Source: Candidatus Hydrogenedentota bacterium
Lineage (GTDB): Bacteria > Hydrogenedentota > Hydrogenedentia > Hydrogenedentales > SLHB01
Assembly (NCBI GenBank): GCA_963668025.2
Contig: CAXXTH010000017.1
Span: forward strand, 1,184,001-1,248,000
Length of the DNA stretch: 64,000 nucleotides
Direction: 5' to 3'
The first letter of the stretch is position 1, and each line of letters opens with the position of its first letter. Shown here in pieces: positions 1 to 9,474 of the stretch. The notes beneath the pieces were generated by a model. The model did no database searches. It saw only the letters and a program-made list of their open reading frames with translations, and was not told the origin of the DNA. The translations under genes were made by a program, and so were the position numbers.

Positions 1-2
1 GT

Positions 3-182
3 GGAACCGAAGGAGATGTGCGCCGGGAAGTGCGCGAGGTGATGGAGGCCTTCAAGGGCAATCCCCGCGTGATTTTAGGTACGGGTGATCAAGTGGGGTA
101 TGAAACGCCTGAAGAGAATATATACGCCCTAATCGACGAGGCCCGCCGACTGTCGCCGGAATGGCGCGGCGCGGGAAGCTAG
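3..182 (+). CDS. 3' end of a uroporphyrinogen decarboxylase/MtaA-CmuA family protein (partial, starts before window)
   Basis: Manual translation GTEGDVRREVREVMEAFKGNPRVILGTGDQVGYETPEENIYALIDEARR...* fits the URO-D family C-terminus (GT..V...V...ILG.G..V..TP.ENI.A). Stop TAG at 180-182. Confidence 0.7.
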   Translation, partial: GTEGDVRREVREVMEAFKGNPRVILGTGDQVGYETPEENIYALIDEARRLSPEWRGAGS

Positions 183-192
183 CGATATCTTC

Positions 193-726
193 CTAGAGCC
201 TGCCGGTTTCTTGATAGGCGTCATTGAGAGATTGCAAGGCGGAGAGAACGCCTTGCTTGTGCGCATGATATTCTTCTTTGAAAATTTTGCCAGCGGTTTT
301 CCAATCAATGCTGGAGCCTTGGGTATGGTAGTCTGTATTCTCATCCACGGTGCTACCGGTAAGATGAAGCCCCCAAGTCTCGACATGCCACTTGGGAATC
401 CAGTAAACAATGCGTTCACTTGGTTCTCGATGCGGATTTGCTTGCGAATCTAGCATCTGCCTGCGCTGGGCCACCGTTTGTTCATCGGCTTCCGTGCCTA
501 GAAGCAACGCTCTGTTTCCGCCATATCTACGTAATATGACAATTTCACTTTGGCACTTCCTGTCTACATATTGTTTTCCAGATCCTTTGCCTTGTCTGGG
601 ATAATCCGGTTCTACACGTATTTTATTTCGGTCAAACCCTAAAGCCTTCAGCGCTTGCCTGGCAAACTGCTCGAGCCGTTGGTCTTCGACAATTACCACG
701 ATTTGTACGCCACTCTTTTTCCCCAT
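193..726 (-). CDS. Hypothetical TOPRIM-like protein (DUF4276/OLD C-terminal-like), partner of the upstream ATPase
   Basis: Start MGKKSG overlaps the ATPase stop (TAATG). Acidic motifs IVVIVED, GTEAD and IPKWHVETW. Confidence 0.6.
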   Translation of the reverse strand: MGKKSGVQIVVIVEDQRLEQFARQALKALGFDRNKIRVEPDYPRQGKGSGKQYVDRKCQSEIVILRRYGGNRALLLGTEADEQTVAQRRQMLDSQANPHREPSERIVYWIPKWHVETWGLHLTGSTVDENTDYHTQGSSIDWKTAGKIFKEEYHAHKQGVLSALQSLNDAYQETGRL

Positions 727-1832
727 TAATCTTCCCATCCCCTGGCGACGATTTCCGCGGGAGATATTCCGTCCGCTTCCCATTGAAAAGGCTTGATCCG
801 GGCGTGGCCGTTCTCGCCGCGATACATACGCATGCCATTTTCGGCAGCCAAGGTGTTGATGAGTTCCGGGTGATGAGATATCAGGATGCATTGGCGTCCT
901 TGTTCTTCAACCAAATCTCGAACGGCGGTCAGCCAAGGCTGGATTTCCCGCAAAGAGACATAATTATCCGGTTCGTCCCACAACAAACTGCACTCCTCAT
1001 TTTCTGCAAGAACAAGACTTGTGTAGAGAACCGTTAGGCAGCGCTGGCCATCGCTCAGACCATTGAATGGCACATCGAACGGCCTCTTGGACCCATTTTC
1101 TCCAAAATCAAACGTAAAAACGAGCTCCTTTGTCGAGCCTCCAATATCCTTAAGCCGCATCCCTTCAAAACCATCAAGCACGGGCTGCAATAACTCTTTG
1201 AGACGGACGGCGTATTCTGGCGTATTAAATAAATAGCGCAACCAGGAGACATAATGAGCAAGCCTGCAGTCTGGTTCCGCCTTTTCACTCTCCGAAATGC
1301 CACGCATATCCTGTGGAATGGGCGAGAATAGGTGGACATGCCGCAGCCGTTTGCGAAACCACGTCAAGCGTGTATTATCCTTGCGCTCGGGTATTGACTC
1401 AATGAGTGATTTGGACCAATCAATCGGGAAGTAGGAGCCTGCGGAACCGTCGTCTCGGAACAAGTGGGCCTCACTACCATCGAACTGATACAATAGAACA
1501 TCATTGTATTTAAGCTGTTCCTGTTTAATACGGTTGCGCCGATTGTCTTCGTGGTGTTCAATGATCAAGCCATAGGTATAACGCCCTTCGTTTCCGAGGA
1601 TGCCTAACTCGAATGTTTGTTCCGTGCGATTTCCTGTTGCGGTGCGGGTGTTCGAGGGAAACGCGGTTTCCGTCTTCATTGGTTCGGTGAGAAACGCCTG
1701 CAATGTTTTTATGACATCGAAAAGGCTGCTCTTGCCGGAGCCATTGTCGCCAAGAAGCAATGTCAAGACGCCTGGCTTCCATTCAAAATTCGTGAAGCAG
1801 CGGTAATTATCTATGTACAGATGGTCAATCAT
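726..1832 (-). CDS. ABC/SMC-type AAA ATPase (AAA_21/AAA_15-like)
   Basis: MIDHLYIDNYRCF start, Walker A GDNGSGKS, signature LSDGQR, Walker B LLWDEPDN, H-loop ISHHP. Confidence 0.9.
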   Translation of the reverse strand: MIDHLYIDNYRCFTNFEWKPGVLTLLLGDNGSGKSSLFDVIKTLQAFLTEPMKTETAFPSNTRTATGNRTEQTFELGILGNEGRYTYGLIIEHHEDNRRNRIKQEQLKYNDVLLYQFDGSEAHLFRDDGSAGSYFPIDWSKSLIESIPERKDNTRLTWFRKRLRHVHLFSPIPQDMRGISESEKAEPDCRLAHYVSWLRYLFNTPEYAVRLKELLQPVLDGFEGMRLKDIGGSTKELVFTFDFGENGSKRPFDVPFNGLSDGQRCLTVLYTSLVLAENEECSLLWDEPDNYVSLREIQPWLTAVRDLVEEQGRQCILISHHPELINTLAAENGMRMYRGENGHARIKPFQWEADGISPAEIVARGWED

Positions 1833-2083
1833 GCCGATATCCTTCTCTGCGACGCAAGCCTGTAAGCTCAATGCCGTATATAGCTTGTGCGAAGTATTAT
1901 GCCAATGCCATGGAATATGTGCAAAGCTATAGACAGATAGTTTTTTTACTGTTGTTTTCCCCTTTTGCCGTTGCTGTCATGCACTCGGTTCTCGGGTATC
2001 CGCCAGATCGACAATACGTTTCCGGCAGTATAAGATGGAGGCGTAACGACATCACGCCATACCAGGCTAAACAGGAGCGTGGC

Positions 2084-2587
2084 ATGCAAAAACCGAATCT
2101 GGTTCCCTTACAAGTGCTTGGCGTAAGCAGCGATGGCCGTTTTTCGCCGCTCGTGCTGCTGCATCATGAAGACCGTGTGCTGCCTATTCTGGTGGGCACG
2201 GCGGAGATGGACGCCATTCTGGCCGCTCTTACAGGCCGGGATCTGGGCCGTCCCATGACCCATGACCTTATCTGTAATCTTCTGGCCGGCCTGCGGGGCG
2301 AGCTCAAGAGTGTGGTGATCTACAAGCTCGAAGAGGAAACCTTCTACGCCCATCTCAACATCGAACAAAAAAACGCGGATGGCCAGGTCGAGCAAGTGCT
2401 GCGCATCGATTCGCGGCCCAGCGACGGCATCGCCATCGCGTGCCGGGTGCATTGTCCGATCTTCGCTTCCGAGCGCGTCATGGAGCAAGCCTCCGTGGAC
2501 CGTTCCATCATCAGCAATGCGGATGAAGAGGAGGAAGAAGGCCCCGAGGACGAGGGTGAAGATACTTCCGAGTTCGAGGAAGGCTGA
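2084..2587 (+). CDS. Bifunctional nuclease domain protein (DUF151)
   Basis: LPILVG, RPMTHDL, FYAHL and IDSRPSDGIAIA motifs; acidic tail; AGGAG RBS upstream. Confidence 0.9.
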   Translation: MQKPNLVPLQVLGVSSDGRFSPLVLLHHEDRVLPILVGTAEMDAILAALTGRDLGRPMTHDLICNLLAGLRGELKSVVIYKLEEETFYAHLNIEQKNADGQVEQVLRIDSRPSDGIAIACRVHCPIFASERVMEQASVDRSIISNADEEEEEGPEDEGEDTSEFEEG

Positions 2588-2670
2588 TGTTCCGAAGGTG
2601 CGGATTTTGAGACCACTAAATACGCTCAATACATACAGCAGCATAGCTGCAACCAAAGATCCGGATTTTG

Positions 2671-2928
2671 CACCACGAATAAACGAAGGACACGAAGAAT
2701 TTCCACAGATGGCGCAGATGACACAGATGAAATCTAGAATTGATATCGTTTTACTTCGTGCTCTTCATGGTGGAAATCTGGTCTCTAACGAGTTGATGTA
2801 TATTGATTTACACAGAAAATCCATGCAAGGAAACATGATTTCGACAAATAGTAGCACCAAAATATTAAGAGGGATACTTTGTGACTCTGGTAACTCCGTT
2901 ATTAATTGCTCATCAGTGTCATCAGTGG
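2671..2928. repeat. Interleaved 9-bp-periodic inverted repeat pairs
   Basis: caccacgaataaacgaaggacacgaag (2671-2697) pairs with cttcgtgctcttcatggtg (2754-2772). ccacagatggcgcagatgacacagatg (2703-2729) pairs with catcagtgtcatcagtgg (2911-2928). Confidence 0.6.
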
Positions 2929-2958
2929 ATCAGAATAGCTTCAAATTCTGAAGTGGTT

Positions 2959-2981
2959 GTAAGGTGGGGCTTGCCCCTCCG
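2959..2981 (+). repeat. REP-like palindrome (family B)
   Basis: gtaaggtggggcttgcccctccg, near-identical to 4708-4730. Confidence 0.6.
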
Positions 2982-3006
2982 TTCAAACAAGATCTGACAA
3001 TTTCTC

Positions 3007-3681
3007 ATGTTGAAAGAATCACTGGCCTCCAAGCGTTCGCGCGCCGCGCATATCTACGAACGATTGCGTGCGGCGTATCCTGATGCCTGTTGCAGTTTAG
3101 ACCATGGCAGCCCGCTCGAACTCCTGGTGGCCACCATTCTTGCCGCGCAATGCACGGACGAACGGGTCAACCAAGTCACCAAATCGCTTTTCCTCAAATA
3201 TCCGGACGCCCTGGCGTATGCCAGCGCACCCCAGGAAGCGCTTGAACAGGATATCCACTCTTGCGGTTTTTACCGAAACAAAGCCAAGAACATCCAGCAC
3301 ATGTGCCGGGCGCTTCTCGAACGCCACGGCGGGCAAGCGCCCGGAACGATGGAGGAATTGCTGAAACTCGGCGGCGTGGGCCGGAAGACGGCCAATGTGC
3401 TCTTGGGCGAATGCTTCGGCGTGCCCGGCATCATTGTGGACACCCATTGCGGGCGCATCGCCCGGCGGCTCGGGCTCACCATGGCGGAGGAGCCGGTAAA
3501 GGTCGAGCAGGATTTAATGAACCTTTTGCCCCGGGAAACGTGGACGGCTTTTTCCCATGGCATGGTGTTCCACGGCCGCGCCACGTGCCAGGCCCGCGCA
3601 CCTCGCTGCCCGCAATGCCCCGTCCGCGAATGGTGCCCTTTTCCCCACACGCCGGAGGGACGCACATTTGCCTCGGGATGA
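3007..3681 (+). CDS. nth: Endonuclease III
   Basis: LLVATILAAQCTD, HhH LGGVGRKTAN, VDTH, and 4Fe-4S motif CQARAPRCPQCPVREWC. Confidence 0.95.
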   Translation: MLKESLASKRSRAAHIYERLRAAYPDACCSLDHGSPLELLVATILAAQCTDERVNQVTKSLFLKYPDALAYASAPQEALEQDIHSCGFYRNKAKNIQHMCRALLERHGGQAPGTMEELLKLGGVGRKTANVLLGECFGVPGIIVDTHCGRIARRLGLTMAEEPVKVEQDLMNLLPRETWTAFSHGMVFHGRATCQARAPRCPQCPVREWCPFPHTPEGRTFASG

Positions 3682-3982
3682 CTCATTTCGCGATTTTGTG
3701 CTTGATCAGCTTGCATCCGTGCCCGGCGTACGTGCAAAGGCCATGTTTGGTGGGCATGGGGTGTATGCGGGCCCTTACTTTTTTGCGATCATCGCGGATG
3801 GGCGGTTGTTCTTCAAAGTGAGCGCGGAGTCGAAGAAAACATACGAGGTGTGGGGCATGGAGACATTCCGCACCGGAAAGTCCTATTATGAGGTGCCTTC
3901 CGATATTTTAGAAGATTCGGAGCAACTGGCGGAGTGGGCCGAAACCGCCATTCAAGCCGCACGCAAGGCTGTTGAAAAATGA
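3668..3982 (+). CDS. TfoX/Sxy N-terminal domain protein
   Basis: FRDFVLDQL...AKAMFGGHGVY...LFFK...SYYEVP...LAEWA. The TTG start overlapping the nth end is inferred. Confidence 0.85.
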   Translation: MPRDDSFRDFVLDQLASVPGVRAKAMFGGHGVYAGPYFFAIIADGRLFFKVSAESKKTYEVWGMETFRTGKSYYEVPSDILEDSEQLAEWAETAIQAARKAVEK

Positions 3983-4698
3983 ACAGAAAACGCCCGCCGA
4001 TATGGCCGCTCATCGCCTTGCTGGCCTATGTGGCCGCCGTGCATGCGGTGGACACGATGGCCACGCTGGGCTTCCGCGAGCCCATTGCATGGCGGATGTT
4101 TCATTGGACCGCCTGGCCGGGCAGCGCCTTTTTGGCCGCCACCAATGGCGGGCGTGTCTATATGCAGCCTCCGCCCGTTGATCTGTTCAAGTTCGCGGCA
4201 TGGTTTATCTTGCCGTTTTGTTTCTGCCTGCCGTGCATGGATTGGGGCGCTCTCGGCGTCACACGGTGGCGGCGGATGGATTGGGGGCTGCTGGCGGGCC
4301 TGGCGGCCTTAGGGGCCTTGGCTGTCCTCGTGATCCTCGCCGTACCCGGATTGCGCGGATTTTATCCCTCGCTCGAAGGCGCGGCGGCGGGCGACAAAGC
4401 CTCCTACGCGCTTCATACGACGGCCTACACCTTGTCATGGCTCATGGGGTGGGAGTTCATCCACCGCTACGCGCTGCTGCGCGTCCTTGACGCCCGCTGG
4501 CCGCGCTACGGCTGGCTGCTCATCCCCGTCTATGAAGGGGCCTACCACCTCGTGAAACACCCCCTCGAAATGGCGGCCATGGTGGCGTTTTCACTGCTTC
4601 TTACGTATTGGGCCAAACGGCGGCGCAACGTACTCCTGCCTTTTCTCGCGCACCTGGCCGTGGAACTCGAACTGCTCGCCTTCATGGTGTTGGTGTGA
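3979..4698 (+). CDS. CPBP (Abi/CAAX) family intramembrane metalloprotease-like protein
   Basis: Multiple TM segments; WEFIHR, YHLVKHPLE and FLAH motifs. Confidence 0.75.
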   Translation: MNRKRPPIWPLIALLAYVAAVHAVDTMATLGFREPIAWRMFHWTAWPGSAFLAATNGGRVYMQPPPVDLFKFAAWFILPFCFCLPCMDWGALGVTRWRRMDWGLLAGLAALGALAVLVILAVPGLRGFYPSLEGAAAGDKASYALHTTAYTLSWLMGWEFIHRYALLRVLDARWPRYGWLLIPVYEGAYHLVKHPLEMAAMVAFSLLLTYWAKRRRNVLLPFLAHLAVELELLAFMVLV

Positions 4699-4707
4699 CG
4701 AGTTGGC

Positions 4708-4730
4708 GTAGGGTGGGGCTTGCCCCACCG
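4708..4730 (+). repeat. REP-like palindrome (GTAG-type, family B)
   Basis: gtagggtggggcttgccccaccg, 10 bp after a stop codon. Confidence 0.7.
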
Positions 4731-4833
4731 CTGACTCTGGAAGCGTTTCAAGATTGCATGGCGCACGGATTGTAAATGATGCGTGGAGATATGAAGGCCG
4801 CCTCTACAAAAGATCCTCAAGACAAATAGAGTC

Positions 4834-4916
4834 ATCGCAGAGGCGCTGAGGACGCGGAGTTTCGCGGAGAGAATGCCTACTCCGCGCATCTCCGCGTCCT
4901 TAGCGTTCTCCGCGAT
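4834..4916. repeat. Long hairpin made of 9-bp-periodic units
   Basis: atcgcagaggcgctgaggacgcggagtttcgcggag / 10-nt loop / ctccgcgcatctccgcgtccttagcgttctccgcgat. Confidence 0.75.
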
Positions 4917-5082
4917 TAAAAAGCTTTTTTCCCGATTCCAGCCTGGCCGCTGCTGCCCGAGCCTGATGCTACTGCAGAAAGAAACCTTGTTGCAGCTTGC
5001 AAATCATGTCCAAGAAAACAACTTTTACATCACCAAATAACTCGTCTCATTGTATCCAATCCTGAACCACGCAAGCCCCGCG

Positions 5083-5406
5083 TTACGCTTCTTCGCTGGG
5101 CGTAAGCGAAATGAAGATATCTTCGCCTTCGACTTTCACGCTATATTTGCGCAGGCGCAGGGAGTCGTGGGTGAGGCATTCGCCGGTGCGGATGTTGTAG
5201 GACCATTGGTGGCGGGGGCAGGTGGCGATGTCGCCCTCGATGCGGCCCGTGGTGAGGTCCCAGTTCTGGTGTTTGCAGGCGCATTCGATGCCGTAGAACG
5301 AGCCGTCCGCCTCGCGGAAAATAGCGACTTTTCTTGCGAGCAGCGTATAGCGGTTAAACCGCTTGCCCTCGAAATCCTTCACTTTGGCGATGCGGACGAA
5401 TTGCAT
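5083..5406 (-). CDS. Rieske [2Fe-2S] ferredoxin
   Basis: CKH and CPRH Rieske ligand motifs. Confidence 0.9.
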   Translation of the reverse strand: MQFVRIAKVKDFEGKRFNRYTLLARKVAIFREADGSFYGIECACKHQNWDLTTGRIEGDIATCPRHQWSYNIRTGECLTHDSLRLRKYSVKVEGEDIFISLTPSEEA

Positions 5407-5422
5407 CGGGTTTCCCTGCGTG

Positions 5423-6970
5423 CTATTCCCACTCGATGGTGCCGGGGGGCTTCGAGGTGATGTCGTAGAGCACGCGGTTGATATGTTTCACTTCATTGCA
5501 GATGCGGTTAGCGGTGCGCTGGAGCACTTCGGGCGGAAAGCGGAACCAGTCGGCCGTCATGGCGTCCTCGCTCGTCACGGCGCGTAGCGAACAGACTTCC
5601 TCGTAGGTCCGTTCGTCGCCTTGGACGCCCACGCTGCGCACGGGCAGCAGGTCCACCAAGGCCTGCCAGATGTCATCGTAGAGCCCCGCGTTTTTGATCT
5701 CGTCGATGAAGATGGCGTCGGCCTCGCGCAGCGTGTCGAGCCGTTCCTTGAGCACCTCGCCGATGCAGCGCACGCCCAATCCCGGACCGGGGAAAGGGTG
5801 CCGTCCGACGATTTCCTCGGGCAGGCCTAGTTCACGGCCCAGCGCACGGACTTCATCTTTAAACAGTTCGCGCAATGGTTCGAGGAGCTGGAGATTCATC
5901 TGCTCGGGCAAGCCGCCCACATTGTGGTGGCTCTTGATGGTGGCGGATGGGCCGCCCGTGGCCGAGATGCTCTCGATGACATCCGGATACAGTGTGCCCT
6001 GTGCGAGAAAGTCCATATGCCCAAGGCGCTGGGCTTCTTCCTCGAATACCTCGATGAACACCTTTCCGATGGCCTTGCGCTTCAACTCGGGGTCCGTGAG
6101 GCCGCGCAAGGCGCTGAGGAAACGTTCTTCAGCATCCACATAGCGCAAGTCGATGTGGAAGTTATCGCGGAACACCTGTTGCACGAGTTCTTGTTCGCCC
6201 TTGCGCAGCAGGCCGTTATTAACGAAAACACAGGTAAGGCGGCTGCCGATAGCGCGGTGGATAAGGACCGCCGCGACGCTTGAATCCACGCCGCCGCTCA
6301 ATCCGCATACGACGCGCCCTTCGCCCACGGTGGCCTGAATACTCTGTATGGCCGTATCGACAAAAGAGCCCATATTCCAGTCCGCGCCGCAGCCGCAGAT
6401 GGTGTGAACGAAGTTCGAGAGGATATGGGCGCCTTGGGGCGTATGGACCACCTCGGGGTGGAATTGCACGCCGAAGAAGCGGAGCGGCGCATTCACGATG
6501 GCGGCATACGGGCAATTTTCCGTGCGCGCGATGGACTGGAATCCGGGCGGCATCTGCGAGATGGCGTCGCCATGGCTCATCCAGACTTGGGTGTTTTCAT
6601 CGACGCTGTCGAAAAATCCCGTCGAATCCTCATGGACAAGATGGGCGATGCCGTATTCGCGCTTCGTAGAGCGCTCGACCTTGCCTCCGAGCATGTGGGC
6701 GAACACTTGTACGCCGTAGCAGATGCCGAGTATCGGCACGCCCAGCTCAAAGACTTTGGGATCGGGCAGGGGGGAGCCGGGGGCATGGACGCTTGCCGGG
6801 CCTCCGCTGAAGATCAAGCCAGCGGGATTGTGTTTCTGGAGCGTGTCGATGGGCGTATTATACGGCAGAATGAGGCTGAAAACATTCGCCTCCCGCACCC
6901 GCCGGGCGATGAGCTTGCTGTATTGCGCCCCGAAATCGAGCACAATCACCGGCCTTGAAGAATGGTCCAT
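5423..6970 (-). CDS. guaA: GMP synthase (glutamine-hydrolysing)
   Basis: [36 protein letters not shown] and KPPGTIEWE. Confidence 0.98.
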   Translation of the reverse strand: MDHSSRPVIVLDFGAQYSKLIARRVREANVFSLILPYNTPIDTLQKHNPAGLIFSGGPASVHAPGSPLPDPKVFELGVPILGICYGVQVFAHMLGGKVERSTKREYGIAHLVHEDSTGFFDSVDENTQVWMSHGDAISQMPPGFQSIARTENCPYAAIVNAPLRFFGVQFHPEVVHTPQGAHILSNFVHTICGCGADWNMGSFVDTAIQSIQATVGEGRVVCGLSGGVDSSVAAVLIHRAIGSRLTCVFVNNGLLRKGEQELVQQVFRDNFHIDLRYVDAEERFLSALRGLTDPELKRKAIGKVFIEVFEEEAQRLGHMDFLAQGTLYPDVIESISATGGPSATIKSHHNVGGLPEQMNLQLLEPLRELFKDEVRALGRELGLPEEIVGRHPFPGPGLGVRCIGEVLKERLDTLREADAIFIDEIKNAGLYDDIWQALVDLLPVRSVGVQGDERTYEEVCSLRAVTSEDAMTADWFRFPPEVLQRTANRICNEVKHINRVLYDITSKPPGTIEWE

Positions 6971-7021
6971 TTATTACCTCACGTCCATCGGCGTAAGATG
7001 AGGCCTGCCCCACCCACAGCA

Positions 7022-7656
7022 CGAAGCAAGCCCACCTCTGCTACTATGCGAAGCGAAATCAATCCAATTCTCATACATGGGCGGGACGCCCATGCTACGC
7101 TAAACCCTACTGCTGCTCCGTGCCTTGAGCAGCACATCATGGGCGAAGCAAGCCCACCTCTGCTACTATGCGAAGCGAAATCAATCCAACTCTCATACAT
7201 GGGCGGGACGCCCATGCTACTCTAAACCCTGCTACTGCTCCGCTCCTTGAGCAGCACATCATGGGCGAAGCAAGCCCACCTCTGCTACTATGCGAAGCGA
7301 AATCAATCCAACTCTCATACATGGGCGGGACGCCCATGCTACTCTAAACCCTGCTACTGCTCCGCTCCTTGAGCAGCACATCATGGGCGAAGCAAGCCCA
7401 GCCCTGTTACTATGCGAAGCGAAATCAATCCAATTCTCATACATGGGCGGGACGCCCATGCTACTCTAAACCCTGCTACTGCTCCGCTCCTTGAGCAGCA
7501 CATCATGGGCGAAGCAAGCCCACCTCTGCTACTATGCGAAGCGAAATCAATCCAACTCTCATACATGGGCGGGACGCCCATGCTACTCTAAACCCTAGAC
7601 CCTAGACCCTACTACTGCTCCGTGCCCGCGTCACGTTCCTTGAGCAGCACATCATG
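7022..7656. repeat. Tandem array of five 122-bp units, each with a GTAG-type REP hairpin and a copy of the guaB 3' end
   Basis: Units start at 7022, 7144, 7266, 7388 and 7510 and differ by a few SNPs. The fifth runs into the real guaB 3' end. Confidence 0.95.
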
Positions 7657-9117
7657 CGCGCCGCCTTCGCGGATGCTTGTGGAGGACACTAAGGTGAGCC
7701 GTGCGTTTTGTTGTAATTCACGAATGTTGAGAGCGCCGCAATTGCACATGGTGGATTTGATCTTCACGACCGACAACGCCACGCTGTCCTTGAGGCGGCC
7801 CGCATAGGGGACGTAAGCGTCCACGCCTTCCTCGAACGACAAATCGTTCTTGCCGCCCATGTCATACCGCTGCCAATTGCGGGCGCGGTTCGAGCCTTCA
7901 CCCCAATACTCTTTCATGATGCGCCCGCCCACCCAGAGCTTGCGGCCTGGGCTTTCATCGAACCGGGCGAAATAGCGGCCCTGCATGACGAAATCCGCGC
8001 CCATGGCGAGCGCCAGCACGACGTGGTAGTCATGCAAGATGCCGCCATCCGAGCAAATCGGCACATATTCGCCGGTTTCTTGCAGGTATTGATCGCGGGC
8101 CTTGGCTACTTCGATGACCGCCGTGGCCTGGCCGCGCCCGATGCCTTTTTGCTCGCGGGTGATGCAAATCGAGCCGGGGCCGATGCCTACCTTGACGAAA
8201 TCCGCGCCCGCGTTGGCGAGGTAGCGGAAGCCTTGGTCATCTACTACGTTTCCCGCGCCTACTTTTGCCCTCGGGCCGAAGATTTCTTTGATGTAGCGGA
8301 TGGTATCGGCTTGCCATTCGGAAAAACCGTCCGAAGAGTCGATGCATAAAATATCCACGCCTGCTTCGAGCAAGGCGGGCACACGTTCTTTATAATCGCG
8401 TGAGTTGATGCCCGCGCCCACCATGAGCCGCTTTTCCACGTCCACGAGCTCTTCGGGATTTTGCCGGTGCTCCTCGTAATCTTTGCGGAAAACCAGATAG
8501 AGCAGTTTTTGGTCGTTGCTGATGATGGGAAGGCAGTTCAGTTTGTGCTCCCAGATCAGCTCATTCGCTTCCGTGAGGCTTTGGCCTTCTTTGCCGTAAA
8601 AGAGTTTTGAGAAGGGCGTCATAATCTCGCGCACGGGCGTGCTCAAATCCGATTTGTGGGGCCGGAAATCGCGCCCGGTGAGAATGCCCAGCAGCGTGCC
8701 GTTGGGCGTGCCATCGTCCGTGATGGGAATGGTCGAATGCCCCGTGCGCTCGATGGTGGCCACCACATCCTCGAGCGTGCTATCGGGCCGGAGATTCGCG
8801 TTGCTGATGACGAAGCCCGCCTTGAATTTTTTCACGCGCCGCACCATCTCCGCTTGGCTCTCGATGGGCTGGGAGGAATAGATAAAGGAAATACCGCCGC
8901 TACGCGCCAGCTCGATGGCCATGACATCATTGGATACCGCCTGCATGATGGACGATGCGAACGGGATATTCAGGCGCAACGGCTCTTCGTTTTCCCGGTA
9001 GCGGGTGAAGGGGCTGCGCAAATCCACATTCCCGGGCGTATGTTCTTTGCGGGTCTCATTCGGAATTAACAGGTATTCCGAAAATGTGCGCGAAGGCTCG
9101 TCGTAGATAAATGCCAT
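7612..9117 (-). CDS. guaB: IMP dehydrogenase with CBS domains
   Basis: Catalytic loop [20 protein letters not shown]. Start MAFIYDEP. Confidence 0.97.
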   Translation of the reverse strand: MAFIYDEPSRTFSEYLLIPNETRKEHTPGNVDLRSPFTRYRENEEPLRLNIPFASSIMQAVSNDVMAIELARSGGISFIYSSQPIESQAEMVRRVKKFKAGFVISNANLRPDSTLEDVVATIERTGHSTIPITDDGTPNGTLLGILTGRDFRPHKSDLSTPVREIMTPFSKLFYGKEGQSLTEANELIWEHKLNCLPIISNDQKLLYLVFRKDYEEHRQNPEELVDVEKRLMVGAGINSRDYKERVPALLEAGVDILCIDSSDGFSEWQADTIRYIKEIFGPRAKVGAGNVVDDQGFRYLANAGADFVKVGIGPGSICITREQKGIGRGQATAVIEVAKARDQYLQETGEYVPICSDGGILHDYHVVLALAMGADFVMQGRYFARFDESPGRKLWVGGRIMKEYWGEGSNRARNWQRYDMGGKNDLSFEEGVDAYVPYAGRLKDSVALSVVKIKSTMCNCGALNIRELQQNARLTLVSSTSIREGGAHDVLLKERDAGTEQ

Positions 9118-9474
9118 CCGATGCTCCCTTGCAAGTGCATGCCATGGGGCCATTGTTCCCATTTACGGAGGATATGCGCCTCCCGCTGGGGCGGAATGGG
9201 CTTTTCCCGCGTAAATGATTCCGTCTTGTAATCAACCAGAATATGGGATTTCGGAGTGTGCTGTCAAATTTATTTGGAAATTATCCTGAAAACGGTGATT
9301 TTCGGCCTATATTTCAGTACAGTATGGGCGTTGCGCGTGTATCCGGCGCTATCGGATTCCGGGCCAATCCTATGGATAGAGATATTCATGCGCGGTTTGG
9401 CTTTGATCATGATGTGAATATCATTGGGCGGTTCCGTTACAGTGGCGGCTTCCCATCGGAAAGAAGGAAATGAA

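Noticed and set aside
5400-5450. Integrative element at the guaA 3' end (a known hotspot)
   Set aside because: No integrase or att duplication; a Rieske gene follows 16 bp downstream.
6962-7581. Repeated 66-87 aa ORFs (MGVPPMYESW..., HGRDAHAT)
   Set aside because: These are translations of the REP-containing repeat. The unit length is not a multiple of 3, the ORFs overlap each other and there is no protein-like signal.
7589-7611. Telomere-like TAAACCC repeats
   Set aside because: Only three degenerate heptamers in a clearly bacterial context.
7022-7656. CRISPR array
   Set aside because: Units are near-identical over their whole 122 bp, with no unique spacers and no cas genes.
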